DNA of 42,117 bases from Verrucomicrobiales bacterium (lineage in GTDB: Bacteria > Verrucomicrobiota > Verrucomicrobiia > Limisphaerales > UBA1100): contig PBVU01000065.1 in the NCBI GenBank assembly GCA_002728775.1, positions 1 to 42,117 of the forward strand, given 5' to 3'. A model generated the notes under the pieces. The model ran no database searches. It was not told where the DNA came from and worked only from the letters and a program-made list of their open reading frames with translations. This document shows, in pieces, positions 1 to 8,013 of this stretch (positions are counted from its first letter, which is position 1; every line of letters begins with the position of its first letter). The position numbers and the translations under genes are program-made.

Positions 1-115
1 GTGACCAAAAAGGTCAGCCGGTGGCTCGACCATGCGTGAATGAGAAATTTTTGAGGATTAAGTCCCATCCCTCGATCAAGACTGAGCGAAATGACGCTCC
101 GAGGCAATCTTTTGT

Positions 116-1510
116 TCAAATCGTAATTTTTTCACCATAAACGGGAACTCGAACTTCTGCATTGGGCAGCTGTTCCCGAAGTGTATCGGCAAAAGCCAGA
201 GATTGGTCTTCTTCCCCGTGAACGACAAACGCTTTTTGGATATCTCCAGTGAGTTCATCAACATGCGCTTGTAACTCATGCTTGTCGGCATGGCCAGAGT
301 AAGCGTCCAGCCGGGCAACCTGAGCTTTGATTTCATATTCTTCACCAAAAATTTTAACAGGCGAGTCGCCATTGATGATGCGAGCTCCCAGGGTGTGTTG
401 GGCGCAATATCCAACGAAGAGGACGAGATTCTTAGGGTTTTCGATATTGTTCTTGAGGTGATGCCGAATGCGTCCCCCCTCGCACATGCCAGAGCTGCTG
501 ATTATGATGGCAGGTTCGTTGAGCAAGTTTAGCTGCTTGGATTGGGAGACATTACGAATATATTTGAGGTTTTCCATTCCAAATGGATTCTCTTTTTCTC
601 GAAGAAATGTATAGATCTCTTCGTTGAAACATTCGGGGTGGAGGCGAAAGACTTCAGTAGCATTGACGCTGAGAGGGCTATCGACAAAAATGGGAATAGG
701 TGGCAGGTCGCCGGACTCTGCCAGTTGATGCAACGTGTAAACAATCAACTGTGTTCGCCCGACTGAAAAGGCGGGGATGATAATCTTGCCTCCGCGATGA
801 GCTGTCTCGCGAACGAGTTTGCAGATTTCAACGGGGGCATCGGCCCGTGGACCGTGTTCGCGGTTGCCGTAGGTGCTCTCAATTTGGAGGTAATCAACGT
901 CCTTTACCGAGTCGGGATTGCGGAGAATCGCGTGGCCGTTCCGGCCAATATCGCCGGTGAATAGATATCGGTAGTTTCGTCCGTTTTCCCGGATATCCAA
1001 GGCAACCTGTGCGCTGCCGAGGATGTGACCTGCATCATGAAATGTCAGCGTCACACCGTCGGCAATGATCATGGGCCGATCGTAGTTTGTGGAGACAAAC
1101 TGTCGGGAAGCTTTATCCGCATCACGGACCGTGTAGAGGGGTTCCACTGGGGGTAGCCCCTTTTTCTCATTTTTTCGGGAAATATACTCGGCGTCCGATT
1201 CCTGAATGCGCGCGGAATCTTCAAGCATGATGCCTGCCAGATCTCGTGTTGCGTGAGTGCAGAAAATGTTTCCATCAAACCCGTTTCGGCAGAGGTTGGG
1301 AAAATTGCCGCAGTGATCGATATGCGAATGGCTCAAAACAGCGACGTCAATAGATTGGGGGTCAAAAGGGAACTTGCGGTTGCGTTCAATGGATTCTTTT
1401 CGTTTCCCCTGATACATTCCGCATTCAAGGAGAATGCGTTGGTTGTTCAGCTCCAGAAGAAACATGGAGCCAGTGGTTGTCCGTGTTGCGCCAAGAAAGT
1501 GGACCTGCAT
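116..1510 (-). CDS. MBL-fold beta-CASP family hydrolase (RNA-metabolising metallo-beta-lactamase, RNase J/CPSF-like)
   Basis: 464-aa ORF with an ATG start. It carries the HSHIDHCG (HxHxDH) metallo-beta-lactamase motif, and its downstream length and layout match beta-CASP proteins (TFHDAGHILGS, ESTYG, AYSGHAD, VHGE). Confidence 0.85.
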   Translation of the reverse strand: MQVHFLGATRTTTGSMFLLELNNQRILLECGMYQGKRKESIERNRKFPFDPQSIDVAVLSHSHIDHCGNFPNLCRNGFDGNIFCTHATRDLAGIMLEDSARIQESDAEYISRKNEKKGLPPVEPLYTVRDADKASRQFVSTNYDRPMIIADGVTLTFHDAGHILGSAQVALDIRENGRNYRYLFTGDIGRNGHAILRNPDSVKDVDYLQIESTYGNREHGPRADAPVEICKLVRETAHRGGKIIIPAFSVGRTQLIVYTLHQLAESGDLPPIPIFVDSPLSVNATEVFRLHPECFNEEIYTFLREKENPFGMENLKYIRNVSQSKQLNLLNEPAIIISSSGMCEGGRIRHHLKNNIENPKNLVLFVGYCAQHTLGARIINGDSPVKIFGEEYEIKAQVARLDAYSGHADKHELQAHVDELTGDIQKAFVVHGEEDQSLAFADTLREQLPNAEVRVPVYGEKITI

Positions 1511-1569
1511 GACGCAATCAGGGTGGATGGCCAGCCCGCCCGGGTCGAGCGTGGGTTATGCGCAGATTC

Positions 1570-1788
1570 TCAACGCTCGCGGTAGCGAATGCGCGCCTTG
1601 GTCAGGTCATAGGGCGACATTTCCACGCGCACCTTGTCTCCCACGGCAATCCGGATGAAGTGTTTACGCATTTTGCCAGAAATATGGGCGAGCACCTCGT
1701 GGCCGTTGGGCAGCTTGACGCGGAACATGGTGCCAGGCAGTACTTGCGTTACCGTGCCATCCAGCTCAATGGGTTCCTCTTTCGCCAT
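1570..1788 (-). CDS. infA: translation initiation factor IF-1
   Basis: 72-aa ORF: [55 protein letters not shown]. This is a textbook IF-1 S1-fold sequence and length. Confidence 0.97.
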   Translation of the reverse strand: MAKEEPIELDGTVTQVLPGTMFRVKLPNGHEVLAHISGKMRKHFIRIAVGDKVRVEMSPYDLTKARIRYRER

Positions 1789-1789
1789 G

Positions 1790-1820
1790 CCAAAAAATCA
1801 CGCCGCCCTGAGTGGCGGCG
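1790..1820 (-). terminator. intrinsic-terminator-like hairpin plus U-tract, 54 nt after the upstream TlpA-like gene and ending 2 nt before the infA ATG
   Basis: The minus strand reads CGCCGCC-ACTCAG-GGCGGCG-TGATTTTTTGGC-ATG. The stem is 7 GC base pairs (1801-1807 with 1814-1820), the loop is 6 nt, and a T6 tract follows. Confidence 0.6.
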
Positions 1821-1873
1821 AAAGGCGGAGACTGCCGTGAGGGTTTGAAGAAATCAAGGTCAAACAAGGCAAA

Positions 1874-2794
1874 TTATTCGCCTTCTGAGGTCTCGGGGCC
1901 ATCCGGCTGACTATCCTCCGGTTCACTGGTTTTTTCGGCGGTCAACACCTTGAGCTTCGCTTCAAGGTTATGCCTGCCGTTGGTGTCGCGCAGGTTTCCA
2001 TTGCGGTCAATCAACCACTGGGCCGGAATGCTGGTGACTCCAAAATCAATGGCGAACTTATTGTCCCAGCCGCGGCCATCGAAATGTTGTGGCCAATCAA
2101 TTTTGTTTTCTTTCAGGTAGCGGCGCAAGCGGGCTTGGTTAGTATCCAAGGAAATGCCCGCTAGGACAACATCCTCGCCATGTTCCGCTTGTGCCTTGGT
2201 AATGCGGGGGAGGTCAGCGATGCAGGGGCCACTCTGGGTGGACCAAAAATGGATCAGCACAACCTTGCCCTTGTGGCTGGCCACACTGAACGGCTCATTC
2301 CGCACAAGACCGGATTTTTCGTCGAGAATGAGGGCATCAAACTCCAGTGTCATGGGTTTGCCGATACGATCCAGACGCGTCGTTTCGTTGCGTGCACGCT
2401 CTTTGGTGGTGGCGTTGGCCGCGGATGCCTTTGAGATGTCCGCCAGCAGGGAGCGGACATGATCGATCACCTTGATGGGGGCATCATCCGGACCGGACAT
2501 GGCCGCCTCCGGCTGGAGGTTGTCATCTTGAAAATCCAGATTGATGGCCACCTCCAGGAGCATCGCCCATGGCTCGGCACGGTTTGGGAATTCACCACGC
2601 AGGGCAATGGCTGCCTCTTCGTATACCTTGAGGCCCGCCTGGAGCCCATTTTCCGCGATTGTCGCCTTGGCCTTCTTGACGGCTTCAGCGGCCTTGGCAT
2701 TGAAATCACTCCCGCCCTCCGCAGCTTGGCCGACCGCAGCCAGTATCAGCATAGAGGCGAGTGCGGCGAGGGGATTGATGGGGGAAAAATGCAT
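1874..2794 (-). CDS. TlpA-like thioredoxin-fold lipoprotein/periplasmic protein with a variant SGPC active site
   Basis: 306 aa with an N-terminal signal peptide (MHFSPINPLAALASMLILAAVGQA). The C-terminal thioredoxin fold aligns with the upstream paralog, but its motif is HFWSTQSGPC rather than WCGPC. Confidence 0.8.
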   Translation of the reverse strand: MHFSPINPLAALASMLILAAVGQAAEGGSDFNAKAAEAVKKAKATIAENGLQAGLKVYEEAAIALRGEFPNRAEPWAMLLEVAINLDFQDDNLQPEAAMSGPDDAPIKVIDHVRSLLADISKASAANATTKERARNETTRLDRIGKPMTLEFDALILDEKSGLVRNEPFSVASHKGKVVLIHFWSTQSGPCIADLPRITKAQAEHGEDVVLAGISLDTNQARLRRYLKENKIDWPQHFDGRGWDNKFAIDFGVTSIPAQWLIDRNGNLRDTNGRHNLEAKLKVLTAEKTSEPEDSQPDGPETSEGE

Positions 2795-2799
2795 TAGGC

Positions 2800-3615
2800 T
2801 TATTCTTCAGCAAGAAGCTTCTCTACCTTGGAATCGAGATTGGCACGGGCATTCATGTCCACCAGATTGCCCTTCTTGTCCACCAACCACATGGCGGGGA
2901 TGCTCTGAATGCCATATTCCTGTGCCAACTTGTTCTTCCAGCCCTTGCCGTCGAAATACTGCGGCCAAGGCATGTTCTCCTTGTTGACAAAGTCGTTGAG
3001 GGTCTTTTCCTTGCTGTCGAGGGAAATGCCGATGATCTCAAAGCCTTTCTTGTTGTACTTGGCATAGGTTTTCTTCACGTGCGGCAGTTCGGCAATGCAG
3101 GGGCCGCACCATGTGGCCCAAAAATCAACCAGTACAACCTTGCCTTTCATCTTGGTCAGGTCCACTTCGCGGCCGTCCATCGCCTTGAACTTGATGGTCA
3201 GCGGTTTGCCGAGGGCTTCTAGCTTCTTGAGTTGCCCCTTGGCGCGGCTAGCAATGGGGGCGAACTTGGGGTTCTTCAGATTCGCCAAGTCGTTCAGGAT
3301 GGCTTTCTTCTCCTTGGCATCCTCGATGAGGCTGGAGGCTTCCAACAGCATGGCGCGGGGGCCAATCTCGTCAGGATAATCCTTGGCCAGCTTAATGGCA
3401 CCTTCACGGTAGGCTTTGACGGCAGCGCCACGATCGTTCTGAATCATGCCGCGAACTTTCGTGATCAATGCGCGCGCGGCATCGTCGAAGGGAACTTTCT
3501 TGTCCTTGTCATCGGCCATCAGGGGGGTGAGGTTCAGGCCGGCAATCATCATTACGGCTGCCAGGTTGAGCCGGATTGCTTGGAGAACACGCGGACTTTG
3601 GGGGGTGGTTTTCAT
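2800..3615 (-). CDS. TlpA-family thiol:disulfide oxidoreductase (thioredoxin fold, CGPC)
   Basis: Contains the canonical FWATWCGPCIAELP motif at 3097-3108. I trimmed the start to the ATG at 3615, which gives MKTTPQSP..AAVMMIAGLNLTPLMA as a signal peptide. The track ORF extends to 3693. Confidence 0.85.
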   Translation of the reverse strand: MKTTPQSPRVLQAIRLNLAAVMMIAGLNLTPLMADDKDKKVPFDDAARALITKVRGMIQNDRGAAVKAYREGAIKLAKDYPDEIGPRAMLLEASSLIEDAKEKKAILNDLANLKNPKFAPIASRAKGQLKKLEALGKPLTIKFKAMDGREVDLTKMKGKVVLVDFWATWCGPCIAELPHVKKTYAKYNKKGFEIIGISLDSKEKTLNDFVNKENMPWPQYFDGKGWKNKLAQEYGIQSIPAMWLVDKKGNLVDMNARANLDSKVEKLLAEE

Positions 3616-3689
3616 GATTTTATTCCACGATTGGACGCAGAGGGAGGAGTCTATCCCCAAGGAAACTTTTTTGGCTAGCCCCAAATGGG

Positions 3690-4961
3690 TCATTTTTCGG
3701 CGGCCTTTACCTTTGCCGGGATATCGTCCTCGCTGTCTGCCAAGTGCAGGGTTTGCGTGGGGAAAGCGAATTCCAAGTCCATTTCCTCCAGAAGGTCCAT
3801 GATCTGCAGGTTGATCCTCTGGCGCACGTCGAGGTATTCCTTCCAGACTGTGGACTTCGTGAAGTAGTAGAGGAAAATATCCAGTGAGCTGGGGCCGAAA
3901 TCCGTAAATTGAACCAGCATGTATTCCTGATCCACGTCCTTGTCTTCACGGAGCATTTTCTCAATGCGTTCCAGCAGCGTCCGCATTTCGTTGGGTTTGG
4001 TGTTGTAGGTGACGCCAATGGTCATCTTGACACGACGCTTGGGCATGCGAGACCAATTCTTGACGTTCGATTTGTTGATGGTGCCGTTGGGCACGGTGAT
4101 CTGCGTCTTGTCAAAGGTGCGAACGCGGGTGGAACGAAAGCCGATTTCCTCGACTGTTCCGTCAATTTCGCTGCCGACGGATATCCAGTCCCCCACTTTG
4201 TAAGGCCGGTCGGTGAGGATATTGAAAGTGCCGATGAAGTTGGCAACGGTGTCGGATGCCGCCATGGAAATGGCCAGTCCACCAACCGCCAATCCGCCCA
4301 CGAGGCCGTTCACATTCACACCGATAGTAGCCAGTACCGTGAGGCCACCGACAATGACGATAAAAATGCGCATCGCGCGCGTGGCCAGCGGGGTGAATTG
4401 GCCCTTGAGTTCAGTGTCGCCTCGCGCCAACAGGTCGTCCAGATAGTGCGCCATCACATCGACCAAGCGATAGATCGCCCAAATGATGATGATGCCCAGG
4501 CCTACCGTGTAACTTTTTCCTACAAACCCATGGGGGATGCCTTCAATGCGAAAGACGAGGACGGAAATGGCGATATGGATGGCACCCACCATGATAAACG
4601 CATTAAGCGGCTTGCGGATTGCATCAAACAAGAGGTCATCCCAAGTGGCCTTGGTTTTTTCAAACCACTTGGCCAGCTTGGCTTCCACGTAGTTCTGCAG
4701 AATGCGGCGAATGAAGACGCCGATGACAATGGCCAAGAAAGCGAGGATGAATTGCCAGAGTGAAACGCCAAATATTTTCTGGCCGAATGTTTCCTCCATC
4801 CAGCGCACGGCTTGGTTTCTCTCCAAGGTATTGGGGTCAAACACGCCGTTCTGTTTGGCTGCCGTTGTCGAGTTGCCCTCCTTGCTGGGCGGTGCGGCGT
4901 TATTAACAGATGGCAAGGCGAACATAAGCCAGCCGGCTGCGATGCATGACCAAATACGCAT
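3690..4961 (-). CDS. mechanosensitive ion channel family protein (MscS-like)
   Basis: 423 aa with a signal/TM N-terminus and several TM helices. The conserved MscS beta-domain core is present: DRPYKVGDWISVGSEIDGTVEEIGFRSTRVRTFDKTQITVPNG. Confidence 0.85.
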   Translation of the reverse strand: MRIWSCIAAGWLMFALPSVNNAAPPSKEGNSTTAAKQNGVFDPNTLERNQAVRWMEETFGQKIFGVSLWQFILAFLAIVIGVFIRRILQNYVEAKLAKWFEKTKATWDDLLFDAIRKPLNAFIMVGAIHIAISVLVFRIEGIPHGFVGKSYTVGLGIIIIWAIYRLVDVMAHYLDDLLARGDTELKGQFTPLATRAMRIFIVIVGGLTVLATIGVNVNGLVGGLAVGGLAISMAASDTVANFIGTFNILTDRPYKVGDWISVGSEIDGTVEEIGFRSTRVRTFDKTQITVPNGTINKSNVKNWSRMPKRRVKMTIGVTYNTKPNEMRTLLERIEKMLREDKDVDQEYMLVQFTDFGPSSLDIFLYYFTKSTVWKEYLDVRQRINLQIMDLLEEMDLEFAFPTQTLHLADSEDDIPAKVKAAEK

Positions 4962-4992
4962 GCGTGAGGATTCGCCCGATGCAGCGCGGGCG

Positions 4993-6399
4993 TCAAGTCA
5001 TTGCCGGTGCATCCTCATGGCTATCCTCGGTTTCCGGGGGAAGCCTGAAGATGGCGGGGACCGTGATGAATAGGCCGGTGAGCACAAGCCATGTGGCCAG
5101 TTGGGGGGTGGTCTGCGCAAGCAGTGGGTTTCCAGCACTGGCGCCCTCAAGCAGGACATTGGCGGCTAATGCGACCAAGGTCAGGTTGGGGCACAACAGG
5201 AGAAAGGTGCGGTCCTTCGGCTTGCCCTTGTTGAATCTGGATCGAAACGCCATCAAGAGGAAGGCGGCCGCCAAGGCGAACAGTGCAAGTTCGGAGAAGA
5301 GTAGCCGCCATTCCAGTTGCATGCCGAGTGCAATGAAGAAAACCGGAATAAGCAGCCGCTGACTAATGGGGGCAATGTAATGCTCAAGGTCAACCCCGCC
5401 GGTATGCGTGCGGCTCATGCACAGGCCCAGCACGAAGGCGGTTTTCTCACCGCTCAACCCGAGGCGTTGTCCCACGGCGCTGACCACAAGCACCAGTAGG
5501 ACGATCCAGTGCACGCGCCAGTGGGTGGCCTGGTCGATGATGAATTGGAACAGGCGCGTAATGGGCTTGGCTGCGACGGTGACCAGGGCGACGACCAGCA
5601 CCATGCCGCCCAGCACCAGGGCAACCTTGGAGGAAAGGCCTGCCTTGTAGATTTCCTTGGTCACGGCCAGCACGAGAATGGTGATCATTTCCAGCGCCAC
5701 CATGACATGCAGCAGCTTTTTGCGTTGCTCACTATCCAACCCGGGATATCCATGCCACGCGGCGTGAGCCATTCCCACGGAGCAGCCCGTGAGCGCACTG
5801 GCCGCGAGAACGGCTACTGCGATCCATTGAATCTTTTCGCCCCAATCGGCGGCGGTAAACTCGCCCCAATCAGCATGAGGCGAAGCCGTATAGGTAAACA
5901 CGCCGGCGGTCATCAGGATGATGGCAGGATATTGCCAGGCCTTCCAGCGGGCGGCCTTTTTGAGAGGGGCAACGAATTCACGAAGACTGGGAAGTTGGAT
6001 TTCGAGTCCAACCTCAAACAACAAAAGGAGAAACCCAATACGCCCAGCCTCAACCAGCATGGCTTTCACCTTTTCATCTGGGATGAGATTTCCAAGAGTG
6101 ATGCCAAAGAGGACGAACACGGAATATGCCAGTGCGGGCCGTTTGGCGCGCCGACAGACGTCTGGCACGGCCATGATCAGGAGAATGAGGACAATGACCA
6201 CCTCAAGGTAGTTGAGGCCGAGGAACTTGTCGGGTGGGGATGGCTTTGGTGGGGGTTCAGGGAGCGCCGGTGGTGGACTGACTTGAGCGGTTGTTGAGTT
6301 GGTTTCAGGTGAGGGGAGGGCGGTGCTGTTTCCCTCGGCTTGGGCCAGCGCGCTAATGGAGAGAAATGCCCCCAACAAAATACATGCAACTCTGCTCAT
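4993..6399 (-). CDS. cation:proton antiporter family membrane protein (Na+/H+ exchanger-like), with signal peptide and Pro-rich N-terminal tail
   Basis: Polytopic membrane protein. The segment LVEAGRIGFLLLLFEVGLEIQLPSLRE resembles the CPA-family TM core. I trimmed the start to the ATG at 6399 (MSRVACILLGAFLSISALAQA). That ATG overlaps the mgtE TGA stop as ATGA. Confidence 0.6.
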   Translation of the reverse strand: MSRVACILLGAFLSISALAQAEGNSTALPSPETNSTTAQVSPPPALPEPPPKPSPPDKFLGLNYLEVVIVLILLIMAVPDVCRRAKRPALAYSVFVLFGITLGNLIPDEKVKAMLVEAGRIGFLLLLFEVGLEIQLPSLREFVAPLKKAARWKAWQYPAIILMTAGVFTYTASPHADWGEFTAADWGEKIQWIAVAVLAASALTGCSVGMAHAAWHGYPGLDSEQRKKLLHVMVALEMITILVLAVTKEIYKAGLSSKVALVLGGMVLVVALVTVAAKPITRLFQFIIDQATHWRVHWIVLLVLVVSAVGQRLGLSGEKTAFVLGLCMSRTHTGGVDLEHYIAPISQRLLIPVFFIALGMQLEWRLLFSELALFALAAAFLLMAFRSRFNKGKPKDRTFLLLCPNLTLVALAANVLLEGASAGNPLLAQTTPQLATWLVLTGLFITVPAIFRLPPETEDSHEDAPAMT

Positions 6400-7742
6400 G
6401 CCGTGCTGGTGAGCAGTGTCTTGGCGAGCATGAGGAGGAAGAAAAAGCCGGCGACGTCCGTCACGGTGGTGATCAGGATGCTGGAGGCAAGGGCGGGGTC
6501 CATGCGGAAAAATTTCAACCCGTAGGGAATAACCACCCCAAAGGTCGCGGCCGCAAGCTGGTTGAGCATCATGGCCACGCCCACGACGATTCCCAGCATC
6601 CAAGGCTGGCCCGTGAATGGCGCTTCAGTGTGGCCCGCAAAGAGCAGGCCGACCAGCAACGCGACGCCACCGACAATGAGGCCAATGAGGACACCGTTGA
6701 ACAGGCCGAGCGCAAGTTCCTTGGCCAAGGCCTTTCGGCCGTCCCCGGGGGACAGTTCGCCGAGGGCCATGTCGCGAATGATGACCGTGGTGGTTTGCAT
6801 CCCCGCGTTGCCGCCTTGACCGGCAATGACAGGGAGGAAAATGGCGAGGATGGCGAATTCAGCGATGGTGCCCTCGAACACGCCCACGACCGCGCCGGCA
6901 AGGCAGGCAGTCAGGAGATTGATGAGCAGCCATGGGAGACGTCGCTTGAAAGATTGCGTCCATGGCGTAAGCGTGCGTTCTTCACCAGAGAGGCCGACCA
7001 TTTTCTGCATGTCCTCTGTCGCTTCTTCCTGAGCAACGGTGAGGACGTCGTCACTCTTGATGACCCCCATGAGGGTGCCGTGCTCATCCAGGACAGGCAG
7101 GCCGAGATAATGGTAATGCTCGAATCGCCTGACGACCTCCTCTTGGTCGTCATCCACCCGGACAAACTCAACTTCCGAATCCATCACGTCCTTGACCTTG
7201 GAACGAGGCGGGGCAAAGACGAGGTCGCGCAGTGAGACGATGCCCACGAGCTTGTCCTTGGGGTCGGTAACGTATAGATAGTTGATATCCTCTGGTGCGG
7301 GGTCTTCGTGCTTGCGTAGTTCCTTTTGCGCGTTGGAAACAGATTGGCCGGCACGCAAGGAAATATACCGGTCATGCATGATGCCACCGGCGCTGTCCTC
7401 GGGGTAGCTTAGCAGTTCCTTGGCGGCCTCGGATTGCTCGGCATCCATCTTGCCGAGCAGCCGATGCTGATCGGGGGCAGGCAGCTCCCCAAGCAAGTCG
7501 GCGGCCTCATCGGCATCCATCTCGTTGAGAAGAGGAACGAGGCGTTCGTTGGGGATGTTCCCTAGAAGATGGAGGGTGACATCATCCTCAAGTTCGGCGA
7601 GAGCATCGGCGGCCTGTGGCAGGGGCAACTCCACGAGAATGTGGCGTGCCTCAGCCACGTCCATGCGTTGCAGCCTGTCCGCCAAGTCGGCCGGGTGCAT
7701 TGAGGTGTATTCCTCGAGATAGACTGGGGTTTGATCGCTCAC
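6396..7742 (-). CDS. mgtE: magnesium transporter MgtE
   Basis: 448 aa with a GTG start. It has an N-terminal MgtE-N region, tandem CBS-like region (IMHDRYISL..., VGIVSLRDL, GVIKSDDV) and a C-terminal TM domain (IFLPVIAGQGGNAGMQT, ITTVTDVAGFFFLL). Confidence 0.93.
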   Translation of the reverse strand: MSDQTPVYLEEYTSMHPADLADRLQRMDVAEARHILVELPLPQAADALAELEDDVTLHLLGNIPNERLVPLLNEMDADEAADLLGELPAPDQHRLLGKMDAEQSEAAKELLSYPEDSAGGIMHDRYISLRAGQSVSNAQKELRKHEDPAPEDINYLYVTDPKDKLVGIVSLRDLVFAPPRSKVKDVMDSEVEFVRVDDDQEEVVRRFEHYHYLGLPVLDEHGTLMGVIKSDDVLTVAQEEATEDMQKMVGLSGEERTLTPWTQSFKRRLPWLLINLLTACLAGAVVGVFEGTIAEFAILAIFLPVIAGQGGNAGMQTTTVIIRDMALGELSPGDGRKALAKELALGLFNGVLIGLIVGGVALLVGLLFAGHTEAPFTGQPWMLGIVVGVAMMLNQLAAATFGVVIPYGLKFFRMDPALASSILITTVTDVAGFFFLLMLAKTLLTSTA

Positions 7743-7805
7743 GGGTGTCCGCCCTTACCGAGCGGAGGATAGTTTAAAAAGATACCGTCGGCAAGCTCGC
7801 GCTTC

Positions 7806-8012
7806 CTAGCCGCCCGCGACAATACACACGATTTCCAAGCGGTCTCCCGCGTTAACAACGCGGTGAGTAAATTCGCTGGAGGCGACAGCTTCGCCATTGT
7901 GTTCCACTACAACGCTTCGGGGGAGCAGATTTTGCGCGCGCAAAAAATCCTCGAGTGAACAGGGGAGATCGGCGGTGGTTTCCTGTCCGTTGGCAATGAG
8001 TGTGCCGGGCAT
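7806..8012 (-). CDS. thiS: sulfur carrier protein ThiS
   Basis: 68 aa ending in ..GDRLEIVCIVAGG. The C-terminal GG and the length are typical of ThiS, and thiH lies nearby. Confidence 0.85.
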   Translation of the reverse strand: MPGTLIANGQETTADLPCSLEDFLRAQNLLPRSVVVEHNGEAVASSEFTHRVVNAGDRLEIVCIVAGG

Positions 8013-8013
8013 G

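Noticed and set aside
1-39. A possible 3' end of a plus-strand gene entering from the left edge (frame 1: ...VTKKVSRWLDHA-stop).
   Set aside because: Only 12 codons are visible, which is too short to support a call or a product.
3909-4763. Long antisense ORFs in the six-frame track. Examples: 3909-4763 (+, 284 aa), 5509-6297 (+, 262 aa), 6366-7235 (+, 289 aa), 9044-9802 (+, 252 aa), 12058-12936 (-, 292 aa), 28249-28797 (-, 182 aa), 40926-41462 (-, 178 aa).
   Set aside because: Each lies entirely opposite a gene with strong family motifs. Their translations are Arg/His/Gly/Pro-rich with no recognisable motifs, as expected for the antisense frame of moderately GC-rich coding DNA. One (12058-12936) even runs across a gene boundary.
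7743-7805. M-box (Mg2+) riboswitch upstream of mgtE.
   Set aside because: Only 63 nt separate mgtE from thiS, which is far shorter than an M-box aptamer. No characteristic elements were seen.
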